DNA of 51,137 nt from Gemmatimonas sp. (GCA_013822285.1 PNKF01000001.1:1-51137); one strand, 5' to 3'; shown: positions 10,271 to 19,241, numbered from the stretch's first letter. Notes: generated by a model not told the origin, from the sequence alone. Made by a program: numbers and translations.

Positions 10271-12064
10271 ATGCCCGCGATGTTGAAGCGCCGCGATCTG
10301 AACTTCGTCCTCTACGAACTGCTCGGCGCCGATGCGCTGGCCGATCGCCCGCGATTCACGGGCCAAGGCCGTGAGATCTACGACGCGGTGCTCGACACCG
10401 CCGATGGCATCGCGCGCGAGTTCTACGCGCCGAACCGCAAGGCCAACGACCAGCAGGAGCCCGAGCTGCGCGAAGGGAAGGTCGTGCTGCAACCGGGCGT
10501 GAAGCCCGCTTGGGACGCGACGGCCGAGGCGGGGATCATCGCGAGCACGCATGATGAAGCTCGCGGTGGCATGCAGTTGCCGCATGTCATTGCATCAGCC
10601 GCGATCGGGCATCTCGAAGCGGCAAACATCGGCACGGCGAGCTATCCGATGCTCACGGCTGGCGCGTCGAACCTGATTGCGGCCTTCGGCAGCGAAGAGC
10701 AGAAGCAGCGTTGGCTGCCGCCGATGCTCACGGGGCGATTCTCCGGCACGATGGCGTTGACGGAGCCTGATGCGGGCTCGTCGCTCGCCGACCTGCGCAC
10801 GAAGGCGATTCCGAACGGTGACGGCACGTATCACATCGAAGGCACGAAGATCTGGATCTCCGGTGGTGAGCACGAGCTGACGGACAACATCGTGCACCTG
10901 GTCCTCGCACGCATCGACGGTGCACCGGCGGGGACGAAGGGCATCTCGCTGTTCATCGTGCCGCGTCGGCGCTTGGGTGCGGCGGGGAATCCCGCCGAGG
11001 ACAACCACGTCACGCTGGGTGGCTTGATCCACAAGATGGGATGGCGCGGCACGACGAGCACGCTGCTCAACTTCGGTGAACGCGGGGCCTGTATCGGTGA
11101 GTTGGTCGGCAAGCCGCACCAAGGGCTGGCGTACATGTTCCACATGATGAACGAGGCGCGCATCGGCGTCGGTCGCGCGGCGATGGCGATGGCCTACGCG
11201 GCGTATCACGTTGGCCTCGACTACGCGCAGCAGCGACGCCAAGGGCGGCTGCCCGGTGAGAAGGACCCGGCGAAGCCGCCGGTGCCGATCATCGAGCATG
11301 CGGACATCAAGCGCTTGCTGCTCACCTCCAAGACCGCAGCCGAGGGCTCGCTGCATCTGATCCTGCTCTGTGCGCGTCTCGTGGATGAACAGGAGACCGG
11401 AGACGAGGCCGCGAAGGCGCGCGCGACGCGCCTGCTCGAAGTGCTGACCCCGATCGCCAAGACTTGGCCGAGCATCTACGGTCAGGAGGGCATCAGTGCG
11501 GCCCTTCAGGTGATGGGCGGCTACGGCTATGCGCGCGAGTACGATGTGGAGCAGCTGTATCGCGACAATCGCTTGAACCAGATCCACGAAGGCACGAACG
11601 GCATCCAGGCGCTTGATTTGCTCGGCCGTAAGGTGGTGCAGGACGACGGCGCCTGCTTCAAGACGCTGCTCGACGAGCTGCGCGTCCTCGGCACCGGCGC
11701 CACGTCGGCGGCGTTGGCGCCGTTAGCCGCGCAGCTCCAGGCGGCCACGCAGCGTATGGTTGCGGCGACGCAGGCTCTGCTGCCGGTCATGGGCAAGGAA
11801 CCGGCGCGGGGATTGGCAAATGCCTCGTTGTACTTGGAACTGGTGTCGCGCGTGGTGTATGCGGCGCTCTGGCTGCGGCAGGCTGTGGTCGCCGAGGTGG
11901 CGCTGGCGGCTGGCGCGGCGGGCGACGATCGGGCGTTCTACGAAGGCAAGCTGCAGGCGGCCAAGTTCTATTTTGGCTTCGAGCTGCCGAAGCACGAGGT
12001 GGACGCGGCGCTGCTCACGCGCAATGAGGCCAGCGCTTTCGAGATGCGTACGGAGTGGTTCTAG
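10271..12064 (+). CDS. Acyl-CoA dehydrogenase (597 aa)
   Basis: Motifs GTMALTEPDAGS, GTKIWISGG, HKMG.RG, MNEARIG, QVMGGYGY and IHEGTNGIQ. Confidence 0.96.
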   Translation: MPAMLKRRDLNFVLYELLGADALADRPRFTGQGREIYDAVLDTADGIAREFYAPNRKANDQQEPELREGKVVLQPGVKPAWDATAEAGIIASTHDEARGGMQLPHVIASAAIGHLEAANIGTASYPMLTAGASNLIAAFGSEEQKQRWLPPMLTGRFSGTMALTEPDAGSSLADLRTKAIPNGDGTYHIEGTKIWISGGEHELTDNIVHLVLARIDGAPAGTKGISLFIVPRRRLGAAGNPAEDNHVTLGGLIHKMGWRGTTSTLLNFGERGACIGELVGKPHQGLAYMFHMMNEARIGVGRAAMAMAYAAYHVGLDYAQQRRQGRLPGEKDPAKPPVPIIEHADIKRLLLTSKTAAEGSLHLILLCARLVDEQETGDEAAKARATRLLEVLTPIAKTWPSIYGQEGISAALQVMGGYGYAREYDVEQLYRDNRLNQIHEGTNGIQALDLLGRKVVQDDGACFKTLLDELRVLGTGATSAALAPLAAQLQAATQRMVAATQALLPVMGKEPARGLANASLYLELVSRVVYAALWLRQAVVAEVALAAGAAGDDRAFYEGKLQAAKFYFGFELPKHEVDAALLTRNEASAFEMRTEWF

Positions 12065-13044
12065 CGCTCCAGCAGGCCGCTCAGCCAATGCAGCGTGTTC
12101 AGCACGAACTGCGCATTCTGCTCGGCCTGCGGGGCGTTCATGCCCATGGGGCGACGCTCCGCACCGGCAAGTTGGGCGCTGAACATCGCGGCTTCGCCGA
12201 AGAGCGCGGCGCGTCCGCGCCCGACATGGCGGGTGGCGCCCTGCAGCCAGCCGCCGACCGGTCGTGAGGCGGTGGTAGAGTCGAACTGCCAGGCATAGCG
12301 CGGTTCGAGCGAGACGTAGTCCGCCGGTAGCCGCAGCAGTGCTTGTACGCCTGCTGAGGGCCAGCGAAACGCTTGGCCCGTGAAGCTGCGCACCTGCGTG
12401 ATGTGCTCGCTCGCGCGGCGTCCCTGTGCGATGGGATGCGTGCCGACGAGCGTCGAATCGGCGGGTCGGAACAGCGTGGGCGCTGCCGAGCCGCCGCCAC
12501 GGTTTGCTTCGATGCTCGCCGCCTCGATGCCCGCGTACGCGAAGCCATCGATGAACTCAGCGCCGAAGGCTGCCGCGAGGTCGCGAGCCGCACCCGCCAA
12601 CGGCTGATGGTCGGCGATGAGCAAGAGCGCGCCGCCGCGTTCGACCCATGCGCGCACCTCGGCAATCTCCGCACTCGTGAAGGCCGACGGCGTGGGCCGC
12701 GGCTGCTGATTCCACGGGATGCCGTTCTGCGCGTTGGAGATCACGAGGATGTCGCAGGCGCCGAGTGACGCGGCGTCGAAGCGGACGCGCAGTGCTGCCA
12801 CACGATAGCCGTCGCGCGCGGCGAGCTGGCCAAAGGCGTAGAAACGGTTGTCGAGCGTGTGGAAGTTGTCGTGCGCCTCGTCGACGCAGAGGCGCGGGCC
12901 AGAAGTGGGCGCGAAGGCGGGTGCCGCGATGCGTGGAGCGAAGTCGCGGTCCGGCAACTGCTGCGCGTCGAGGCTTGCCCCCGACGCGAGCCACGCGGCC
13001 GCGAGCAGCCGCGCGGCCGCGTGGCGCAACCGTCGCGTGATCAG
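12061..13044 (-). CDS. Secreted DUF4350-like protein (about 327 aa)
   Basis: Signal peptide ending ASLDA; motifs DEAHDNFHT, LLLIADHQP, GEAAMFSAQ and NTLHWL. Start uncertain (CTG 13044 overlapping the upstream stop, or TTG 13029). Confidence 0.7.
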   Translation of the reverse strand: MITRRLRHAAARLLAAAWLASGASLDAQQLPDRDFAPRIAAPAFAPTSGPRLCVDEAHDNFHTLDNRFYAFGQLAARDGYRVAALRVRFDAASLGACDILVISNAQNGIPWNQQPRPTPSAFTSAEIAEVRAWVERGGALLLIADHQPLAGAARDLAAAFGAEFIDGFAYAGIEAASIEANRGGGSAAPTLFRPADSTLVGTHPIAQGRRASEHITQVRSFTGQAFRWPSAGVQALLRLPADYVSLEPRYAWQFDSTTASRPVGGWLQGATRHVGRGRAALFGEAAMFSAQLAGAERRPMGMNAPQAEQNAQFVLNTLHWLSGLLER

Positions 13045-13670
13045 CGCCCGTCCTTGATGAAGGCCATCACGGCCGGAATCTCGGTGAAGCCGAGTGGAAG
13101 ACTCGGCGCATTCCGCGGCGCACGTATGAAGAACGTCGTGTCGCCATTCTGCCATCGCTTCTCGCCGTTTGGCGGCAGCAGCCCATCGGTGAACAGGCTC
13201 GTGACCGTCGGCGGCGGCTGATCTGCCCGCATTGGGCCGCTCATCAGCAGCACGAGAGCCGTGTCACCCTCGGGGATGCGGAATGCGCGACCAGCCACGA
13301 AGGCGCTATCGAGATTGCCCCAGAAGCGCCCCGGCGTAGCAGCACGACGGCTGAAGGTGAGCTCGCGGAAGCCGCTCCCCGACAGGCCGCCGATGAACGT
13401 CCGCCCCAGGTCCTCAGCAAGTCGTGACCGACGGCGATATTCGGCCTCGTGGGCTCGTGCTGCAGCAGTGTCGTGCGGACCGAAACCGAATTGACCCCGC
13501 CAAATGGCGATAACCTTCGCGACTCGGCGAGGTGTCGAGTCAGGCCCCGTGCGCACCACGTACTTGTCGCACTCAAAGCCCACGATGGTGCACTGCTCTG
13601 TTCCAGCACTGCCTTGGGCGGCCAGCGGACTCGCGAGTCCAAGCAGCATCAGTGCAATACGAAGCCGCAT
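13041..13670 (-). CDS. Secreted hypothetical protein (209 aa)
   Basis: Strong SD AGGAGGAG at 13681-13688; signal peptide MRLRIALMLLGLASPLAA; no recognised domain; many A/T-ending codons. Confidence 0.7.
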   Translation of the reverse strand: MRLRIALMLLGLASPLAAQGSAGTEQCTIVGFECDKYVVRTGPDSTPRRVAKVIAIWRGQFGFGPHDTAAARAHEAEYRRRSRLAEDLGRTFIGGLSGSGFRELTFSRRAATPGRFWGNLDSAFVAGRAFRIPEGDTALVLLMSGPMRADQPPPTVTSLFTDGLLPPNGEKRWQNGDTTFFIRAPRNAPSLPLGFTEIPAVMAFIKDGR

Positions 13671-13687
13671 ACGCGTCGGTCTCCTCC

Positions 13688-15871
13688 TTACTGTGGTCTC
13701 AGGTTCGTCACCGTCACAGATGCTGAAGCACCCGCAGCGTTGATCGCGGACAGGCGGAAGCTGTAGCGAGTGCCGGTCACCAGTCCAGTGACGTTGACGC
13801 TGACGGTGTTGGCGGGCAGGGTGTCGGTCACGACGAAGTTCGACGGCGTCGCCGCGCAGTTCTGGCCCTCGCAACGTTCGAGCAGATACCCCGTCTCGCT
13901 CGTCGCGACATCGGTCCAGGTGAGTGAGAGCGAGGTCGGCGACAGCACCGTGCCCTGGAAGTTCGTGGGTGCGGCGGGGACCTTGGTGTCGGCGGTCGCG
14001 CTGGCGCTGGCCGGCGAGCTACCGGAGGCGTTCACGGCGCGCACGCGATACGAATATGTCTGATCGGCGACGACCGTGTTGTTGCGGCTCGTGACATTGG
14101 CTGCCACGCTGTCCACGGGGGCGAAGCTCGTGCACGCAACGCCGGTGCAGCGCTCGATCACGAACTGTGTTTCCGTGGCCGAGGCATCGGTCCAGGCCAA
14201 GGCAATCGTCGTCGCCGACTGCGTGGTGGCGGTCAGCCCGGTGGGCGCCGTGGGCGCAGTGCTCGCATTGACGATTGCGGAGTAGCCGGAGTTGCCGACC
14301 GCGTTCGAGACGCGGACGCGGTAGCGGTAGGTGTTGTCCGCAGACGCGCTGGAATCGTCGTAGCTGACCAACGAGGCCGATGCGACGGCGGCGATCTGCA
14401 CGAAGTCGGAGCAGGCGACACCCGTGCAGCGCTCGACCAGCGCCGAGGTTTCGTTGTTCGCGTTGTCGGACCAGGTCAGGCGCACGACGTTGCCAGCCTG
14501 CACCGTCGCGGCGAGTCCACTCGGCGCTGCCGGCGCGGTCGAGGCAAGCGTGACAATTCCGGTGTATGCGGAGTTTCCGACGTCATTGCGGGCGCGGACG
14601 CGCCAGCGGAAGGTCGCGTCCGCGGTCAGCGTCGAGTCCACGAAGTTAGTGACGCCGGCGGCGACGCTGCCGATCTCCGTGAAGGTCGTACAGTCGAGGC
14701 CCGTGCAGCGCTCGACGCGGAAGCTGGTTTCGTTGTCCGACGCATCGGTCCAGCTCAATGTCGCACGCGTTGCAGACGCGAGGGCGGCGCTCAGCCCCGT
14801 TGGGGCTGCGGGCAGCCGACGCTGTGTGACGCGCAGCTCGAAGTGTCCGCTGGTCGTCCCGTCGGCCGTCACGCGAATCAGATGCGTCTCGGTGGCCGTC
14901 GCGACCATGACGACGCGTGAGTCCGTGCTGCCGCTCGCGTCGCCGTTGCTGCCGGCCTCGGTGACGCCGTCGGCGCGGAACACCGTCAGGATCGAGTTCA
15001 GTGGTGAGGTGAGCTCGAGGCGCGACGCGAAGGTCTCGACGACGAGCGTGTCGCCCGCTCGGACCCCACTGAGGCTGAACCAATCGACGCGCTTGTCAGA
15101 GGTGAGGTTGCGGCCGGCGATGGTCTGCGTGGCGGCCAGCGCAGACGGCACTGCTGTCGCAGCGCCAGCGTCGGCACCGCCGCTGGCCGTCTCGACCGTC
15201 CACGAGCGCGTCTCAGACCACGGCACCGGGGAGCCGGCCTGGGGCAGCGAGGCACGCGTACGAATGAACCACGTGCCGCGGTCGCTCACGGCGACGACCG
15301 GCGTGGTGTCGGTGCTTGTCGTCTGCAGGACACCCGTCTCGAAGCTCGATGACTGGCTGGCTTGAATCGTGTACGATGTCGCCGCGGCCACGCGCGCGAA
15401 GGTGACGCGCTGCGCAAAGCTCGTGGTCGTGGTCAACGGAAGCGCTGCCACCGTCGGCACGGATGGCGCAAAGGCGATGAACGGCTCGGCCGTCGCGCCC
15501 CGCGCCACCGCGATGCTGGCGAGACGCCCGTAGTACTGCACTTCACCGCCGGCGAGTCCCTCGACGATGACTTCATAGGTGCCGGCTTGCAGGCCCGTCG
15601 CTCGGCCCTCCCAGGCGCTGCCGCGTAGCTGCAGGTCGACGACGCGCGAGACCGGGCCGATCACCTGCGCGCGGACGGCGGTGAGCGGCAAGACCAGCGA
15701 CGCGCGTGTCGCAGAGTCTGCACGGACCAAGGAGAGTCGCGGTGCGATGCTGCCCGTGGTGGCGACTTCTGTGGGCGCGTCACTGCAGCTGCCCAAGATG
15801 GCGATGCCGCCAATCGAGAGCACAGTCATGCGCAGCTGCCGCGAGGCCCGAGCCGTCAGGGAGGGCATCAT
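13688..15871 (-). CDS. Lipoprotein with Ig-like and PPC-like domains and four fibronectin type III repeats (727 aa)
   Basis: ATGA overlap with the upstream stop; lipobox ILGSC; PPC-like segment DWFSL...DSRV; four repeats of the form PxAPxGL...LxWxDxxxxET...ERCxGxxC...YxYRVRAxNxxG. Confidence 0.88.
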   Translation of the reverse strand: MMPSLTARASRQLRMTVLSIGGIAILGSCSDAPTEVATTGSIAPRLSLVRADSATRASLVLPLTAVRAQVIGPVSRVVDLQLRGSAWEGRATGLQAGTYEVIVEGLAGGEVQYYGRLASIAVARGATAEPFIAFAPSVPTVAALPLTTTTSFAQRVTFARVAAATSYTIQASQSSSFETGVLQTTSTDTTPVVAVSDRGTWFIRTRASLPQAGSPVPWSETRSWTVETASGGADAGAATAVPSALAATQTIAGRNLTSDKRVDWFSLSGVRAGDTLVVETFASRLELTSPLNSILTVFRADGVTEAGSNGDASGSTDSRVVMVATATETHLIRVTADGTTSGHFELRVTQRRLPAAPTGLSAALASATRATLSWTDASDNETSFRVERCTGLDCTTFTEIGSVAAGVTNFVDSTLTADATFRWRVRARNDVGNSAYTGIVTLASTAPAAPSGLAATVQAGNVVRLTWSDNANNETSALVERCTGVACSDFVQIAAVASASLVSYDDSSASADNTYRYRVRVSNAVGNSGYSAIVNASTAPTAPTGLTATTQSATTIALAWTDASATETQFVIERCTGVACTSFAPVDSVAANVTSRNNTVVADQTYSYRVRAVNASGSSPASASATADTKVPAAPTNFQGTVLSPTSLSLTWTDVATSETGYLLERCEGQNCAATPSNFVVTDTLPANTVSVNVTGLVTGTRYSFRLSAINAAGASASVTVTNLRPQ
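13700..14815 (-). repeat. Four tandem FN3 coding repeats (about 279 bp, 93 aa)
   Basis: The + strand 13-mer GTGCAGCGCTCGA occurs at 14145, 14424 and 14703 (279-bp spacing), with a degenerate copy near 13869. Confidence 0.88.
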
Positions 15872-17499
15872 GGATTCGGCACCGAAATGATCACCGCCGG
15901 CGGCGGATCGCCGCCGCCGCTGCCGCTCAAGGCAATGCCCGCGACGACGCCGACGCCGGCCGCCGTGTACCACACCCACTTGGGGACGCGCCGACGTTCG
16001 CGCTGGGCGGTCGGGGCCGAGCCGGTCGACGCGATGGCCGTGCGACCGCTGAGCGTGCTGCGCGAGCGCGTGCCCGCGGCAACCGTGACGACTTCCGACT
16101 GCGCGGCCGCCCTCGTAGCGAGCAGATGTACGCGGTAACGGCCAGCGGGACCGGCGAAGGTGAACGGCGACGCGGCCGTAGTGTCGAGGGCCGCCCAATG
16201 CCAGGGCTCCATCGGTTCGACGCGAATGCGCGCGCCGCGTGCGGCACTGCTCAGCACGACGACCCCGAATCGCTGACGTTCCGCCTCCGCGACCTCGCGG
16301 GCGCGGCGGAGTACGCCCGCCGCGATGTTCGCATCTGCCGTGGTGTTCAGTGCGGCGAGCGCGTCCAGCGTCTGCACGCGGACGCCGCCTTCGTAGAAAC
16401 CGACGAACCGTCCTTCGAAGTCCACCATCGGCGCCGCGACCTCGATGCCAGTGGCGGGCGCGGTCAGGCTCACGGCGGATGCCGGCCCCTCGTGCACGAG
16501 GGCGCGTCCTTCGACGAACGTGTCGCAGTCGCGCCGGCCGAGCCCGAACAGGGCCTGTCCTGCCATCGGTGCGGGTGCGGCGTCGAGCGGAGTGGCGCTG
16601 GAGCTGCCGGCGCTGAGGATCGCGAGGTTCGCACTCCGATCCCACGCGGCGACCCCGACGGCGACCGTACTGCCGCCGATCCACAGCGAATCGGCGCCGC
16701 GGATCGACTCATACGACACCGCGATCCGTCCCTGTGCATCGAGCAGTACGCCGATCGCGCATCGCGTGGGCAGCCCGAATCGCTGCACGTTGAGCGTGAC
16801 GAGACCCTGCTCGACGCGCTGGCGCGCTTGAGGCTCGAGTGATGCGGCAGCGGCCGCGGCAGACAGCGGCAGGAAGGACAGCTCGGTCGTGACGCCGGGC
16901 AGCGCCTCACGCGTGATGCGCAGCGGCAAGAACCCATCCGCGGTCACTTCGATCTCGTAGCGCCCCGGCTCCACCGTGACACCGGCGCCGGCGGACAATA
17001 CGCCGACGCCGCGGACCAGCACGCGCACGGGGGCCGTCGATTGTCCGAGGCGGAAGCGGGCATCCGTAGCGGTCGAGGTCGCCGACGGCCAGACGTAGGA
17101 TTCGCGTACCGCCGCGTCGCTGGCACTGCGCGCGGCGCTGTCGCGTGCGGCACGCAGGGTGCCGACGACGCGCGCGAGAAAGTTTGCGGAGTCCAGCGGC
17201 ATCGTCGGCTCGAGTCGCAGGGCCCAGCGCGCCCACAGCTGCGCATGCGCCGGGCGGTCGGACTCGAGGAGCAGCTGCGTGAGCAGGTGGACGCCGCGCG
17301 TCCAGGCGCTGTCGCGGGGACCGAGTGCCGGATCGACGGCCTGACGGGCCAGTCGTGCCGCGCGCGCCAGGTCAAAGTCGTCGTAGGCCGTCGTGGCGCG
17401 CTGCAGCAGTGCGCTGCGCGTCTCCTGCTGCGCGTCGGCACGAGAGCCGACGCTGACGAGCAGGAGCGTCATCACCACCAGGACCCGCCGAAACCTCAC
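15868..17499 (-). CDS. Secreted protein with helical N-domain, PEGA-like domain, degenerate trypsin-like domain and C-terminal hydrophobic tail (543 aa)
   Basis: Signal peptide ending ADA; PEGA-like VEPGRYEIEVTADGF; HtrA-like strands GVLLDAQGRIAV, AWDRSANLAIL and PMVDFEGRFVG; tail KWVWYTAAGVGVVAGIALSGSGGG. GTGA overlap with the kinase stop. Confidence 0.72.
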   Translation of the reverse strand: MRFRRVLVVMTLLLVSVGSRADAQQETRSALLQRATTAYDDFDLARAARLARQAVDPALGPRDSAWTRGVHLLTQLLLESDRPAHAQLWARWALRLEPTMPLDSANFLARVVGTLRAARDSAARSASDAAVRESYVWPSATSTATDARFRLGQSTAPVRVLVRGVGVLSAGAGVTVEPGRYEIEVTADGFLPLRITREALPGVTTELSFLPLSAAAAAASLEPQARQRVEQGLVTLNVQRFGLPTRCAIGVLLDAQGRIAVSYESIRGADSLWIGGSTVAVGVAAWDRSANLAILSAGSSSATPLDAAPAPMAGQALFGLGRRDCDTFVEGRALVHEGPASAVSLTAPATGIEVAAPMVDFEGRFVGFYEGGVRVQTLDALAALNTTADANIAAGVLRRAREVAEAERQRFGVVVLSSAARGARIRVEPMEPWHWAALDTTAASPFTFAGPAGRYRVHLLATRAAAQSEVVTVAAGTRSRSTLSGRTAIASTGSAPTAQRERRRVPKWVWYTAAGVGVVAGIALSGSGGGDPPPAVIISVPNP

Positions 17500-19079
17500 G
17501 GGCGCGCGACCAGTTGCAAGGTGACGCGCTTCGACTCGCCGGAGGCGAAGCTGATGCTGGTGTCGATGGGCGTGAAACCTTCACGTGCGATGCGGATGTT
17601 GTGCACGCCGGCACGCAGCGAATCGCGCATGCGCGATTGCTCACCGCGGTCGACGCCATCGATGGTGACCACGCCCGGCGTCGGTAGCACGAGCAGGAGT
17701 TCGGCAAGCGCCGACTCGGCGCTGCGGCGGACGGGTGCCGCAGCCGCGGGCGCCGCCGTGGCCTCCCGCGTGCTGCGCGTCTCGGATCCAGACGATGGCG
17801 CTGCGGTGGACGGTGAGGATGGTGCAGGTGCGGCGGGGGCCTCGTCGCCTGCCGCAGGCGGCAGGGCAGTCACCGAAGGTGCTGCGGTGGAGGCGTCCGC
17901 CCCGCCAGCACTGCCATTGAGCGCGAAGACCCCGAGCGTCGCAATCACCAACGTCGCCGCGATGGCCGCCACCCACATGCCACGCTTGGGCGTTGCGGGA
18001 CGCGATCCGGACGCGGGCAACGTGACTTCACCCGGCAACGACAGCTCCGGCCGCAGGCCGGACGCGAGCCGCATGCGCAGTTCGTTCGAGTCGATGAGCA
18101 GGGTACGGCCACTCGCGCGCGCATACTTCGTGGTCGGATCGCGTAGTGCCTGCACCAACGCCCGGCAATTCGGGAATCGATCGGCGGGATCCTTCGCGAG
18201 GACCTTCTCGATGACCTCGGAGACGTGCGGCGGTAGATGCGGCGCCGTGTCGGCGAGTCGCGGAGCGGCGATCGTGCAGTGCTGATGCAGTACGTCGATG
18301 GCCGACTCGCCATCGAAGGGCACCTTGCCGGTGAGCATCACGTACGCCATCACGCCGACCGAGTACTGGTCAGCGGCACCGGTGATTCCTTTGCCGCGGC
18401 CTTGCTCGGGGCTCATGTAGTACGGCGTACCGACCAAGGAGCCGGTAGCGGTGAGTCCGCCGTCGCTCAGCGCCTTGGCGATGCCGAAGTCGGTCAACGT
18501 GACGCGGTTTCGTGCGTCGAGCATCACGTTCGCGGGCTTCACGTCGCGGTGCACGACCCCACGCTCGTGGGCGTAATCCAAGGCATCGCAGATCTGGTCG
18601 AGGATCTGGATCGTCGTCTCGAGGCCAAGCTTGCCCTGGTCCTTGAGATCATCCTCGAGGCTGCGGCCTTCGAGGAACTTCATGGCGTACCAGAACAAGC
18701 GACCGCTGGCCCCGATGCGATAGATCGGGATGATGTTCGGATGGTCGAGCGTCGCGGCCGTCTTCGCCTCGCGCAGGAAGCGCTCGACGCCATGGCCGAA
18801 GGTCAGCTCAGGTGGCAGCACCTTCAGTGCGACTTTGCGGCCGAGCTTGGGTTCTTCGGCGAGGTAGACCACCGCCATGCCGCCGCGCCCCAGCATGCGG
18901 CCGATCGTGTACTCGCCTGCGGTCTCCTCGCGGAGCATACGCTCCATGATCGCGAACGAGTCATCGTTCATCGCGGCAGATGCTGCGGCCTGCCCCTCGG
19001 CGTCGGATACCATCGACCCACAGGAGTGGCAGAACTTGGCGTCATCGGCAATTGGCGTGACGCAACGAACGCAGAGCAT
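17496..19079 (-). CDS. Hanks-type Ser/Thr protein kinase with N-terminal zinc ribbon, TM helix and C-terminal PEGA-like domain
   Basis: CVRC...CHSC zinc ribbon; GRGGMAVV, VALK, HRDVKPAN, DFG and GTPYYMSPE all intact; TM segment MWVAAIAATLVIATLGVFAL; PEGA-like VTIDG...LRAGVHNIRIAREGF. Confidence 0.96.
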   Translation of the reverse strand: MLCVRCVTPIADDAKFCHSCGSMVSDAEGQAAASAAMNDDSFAIMERMLREETAGEYTIGRMLGRGGMAVVYLAEEPKLGRKVALKVLPPELTFGHGVERFLREAKTAATLDHPNIIPIYRIGASGRLFWYAMKFLEGRSLEDDLKDQGKLGLETTIQILDQICDALDYAHERGVVHRDVKPANVMLDARNRVTLTDFGIAKALSDGGLTATGSLVGTPYYMSPEQGRGKGITGAADQYSVGVMAYVMLTGKVPFDGESAIDVLHQHCTIAAPRLADTAPHLPPHVSEVIEKVLAKDPADRFPNCRALVQALRDPTTKYARASGRTLLIDSNELRMRLASGLRPELSLPGEVTLPASGSRPATPKRGMWVAAIAATLVIATLGVFALNGSAGGADASTAAPSVTALPPAAGDEAPAAPAPSSPSTAAPSSGSETRSTREATAAPAAAAPVRRSAESALAELLLVLPTPGVVTIDGVDRGEQSRMRDSLRAGVHNIRIAREGFTPIDTSISFASGESKRVTLQLVARP

Positions 19080-19136
19080 TGGCGACGGATGGAGGAAGCT
19101 GACGACCTAGGCAGATCGCCAGCCCTCTCAACATGC

Positions 19137-19214
19137 AATTATCTGGTAGTCGCGGACTAGGCCGAATCGAAAATCGGCCTAGGCAACATTGATGCAGTGT
19201 CGCGAATCGCGACA
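19137..19214 (-). promoter_or_regulatory. Putative promoter and operator palindromes upstream of the kinase operon
   Basis: GATAAT -10-like box on the minus strand (19137-19142); inverted repeats CTAGGCCGA-N8-TCGGCCTAG (19157-19182) and TGTCGCGA-A-TCGCGACA (19198-19214). Confidence 0.45.
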
Positions 19215-19241
19215 GGCGTCCATGTGTCGGTCCCCGCGCCG

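Noticed and set aside
15872-16684. N-terminal 271 aa of the 998-aa ORF
   Set aside because: Arg-rich alternate frame of gene 15868-17499; the lipoprotein start is the ATGA junction at 15871.
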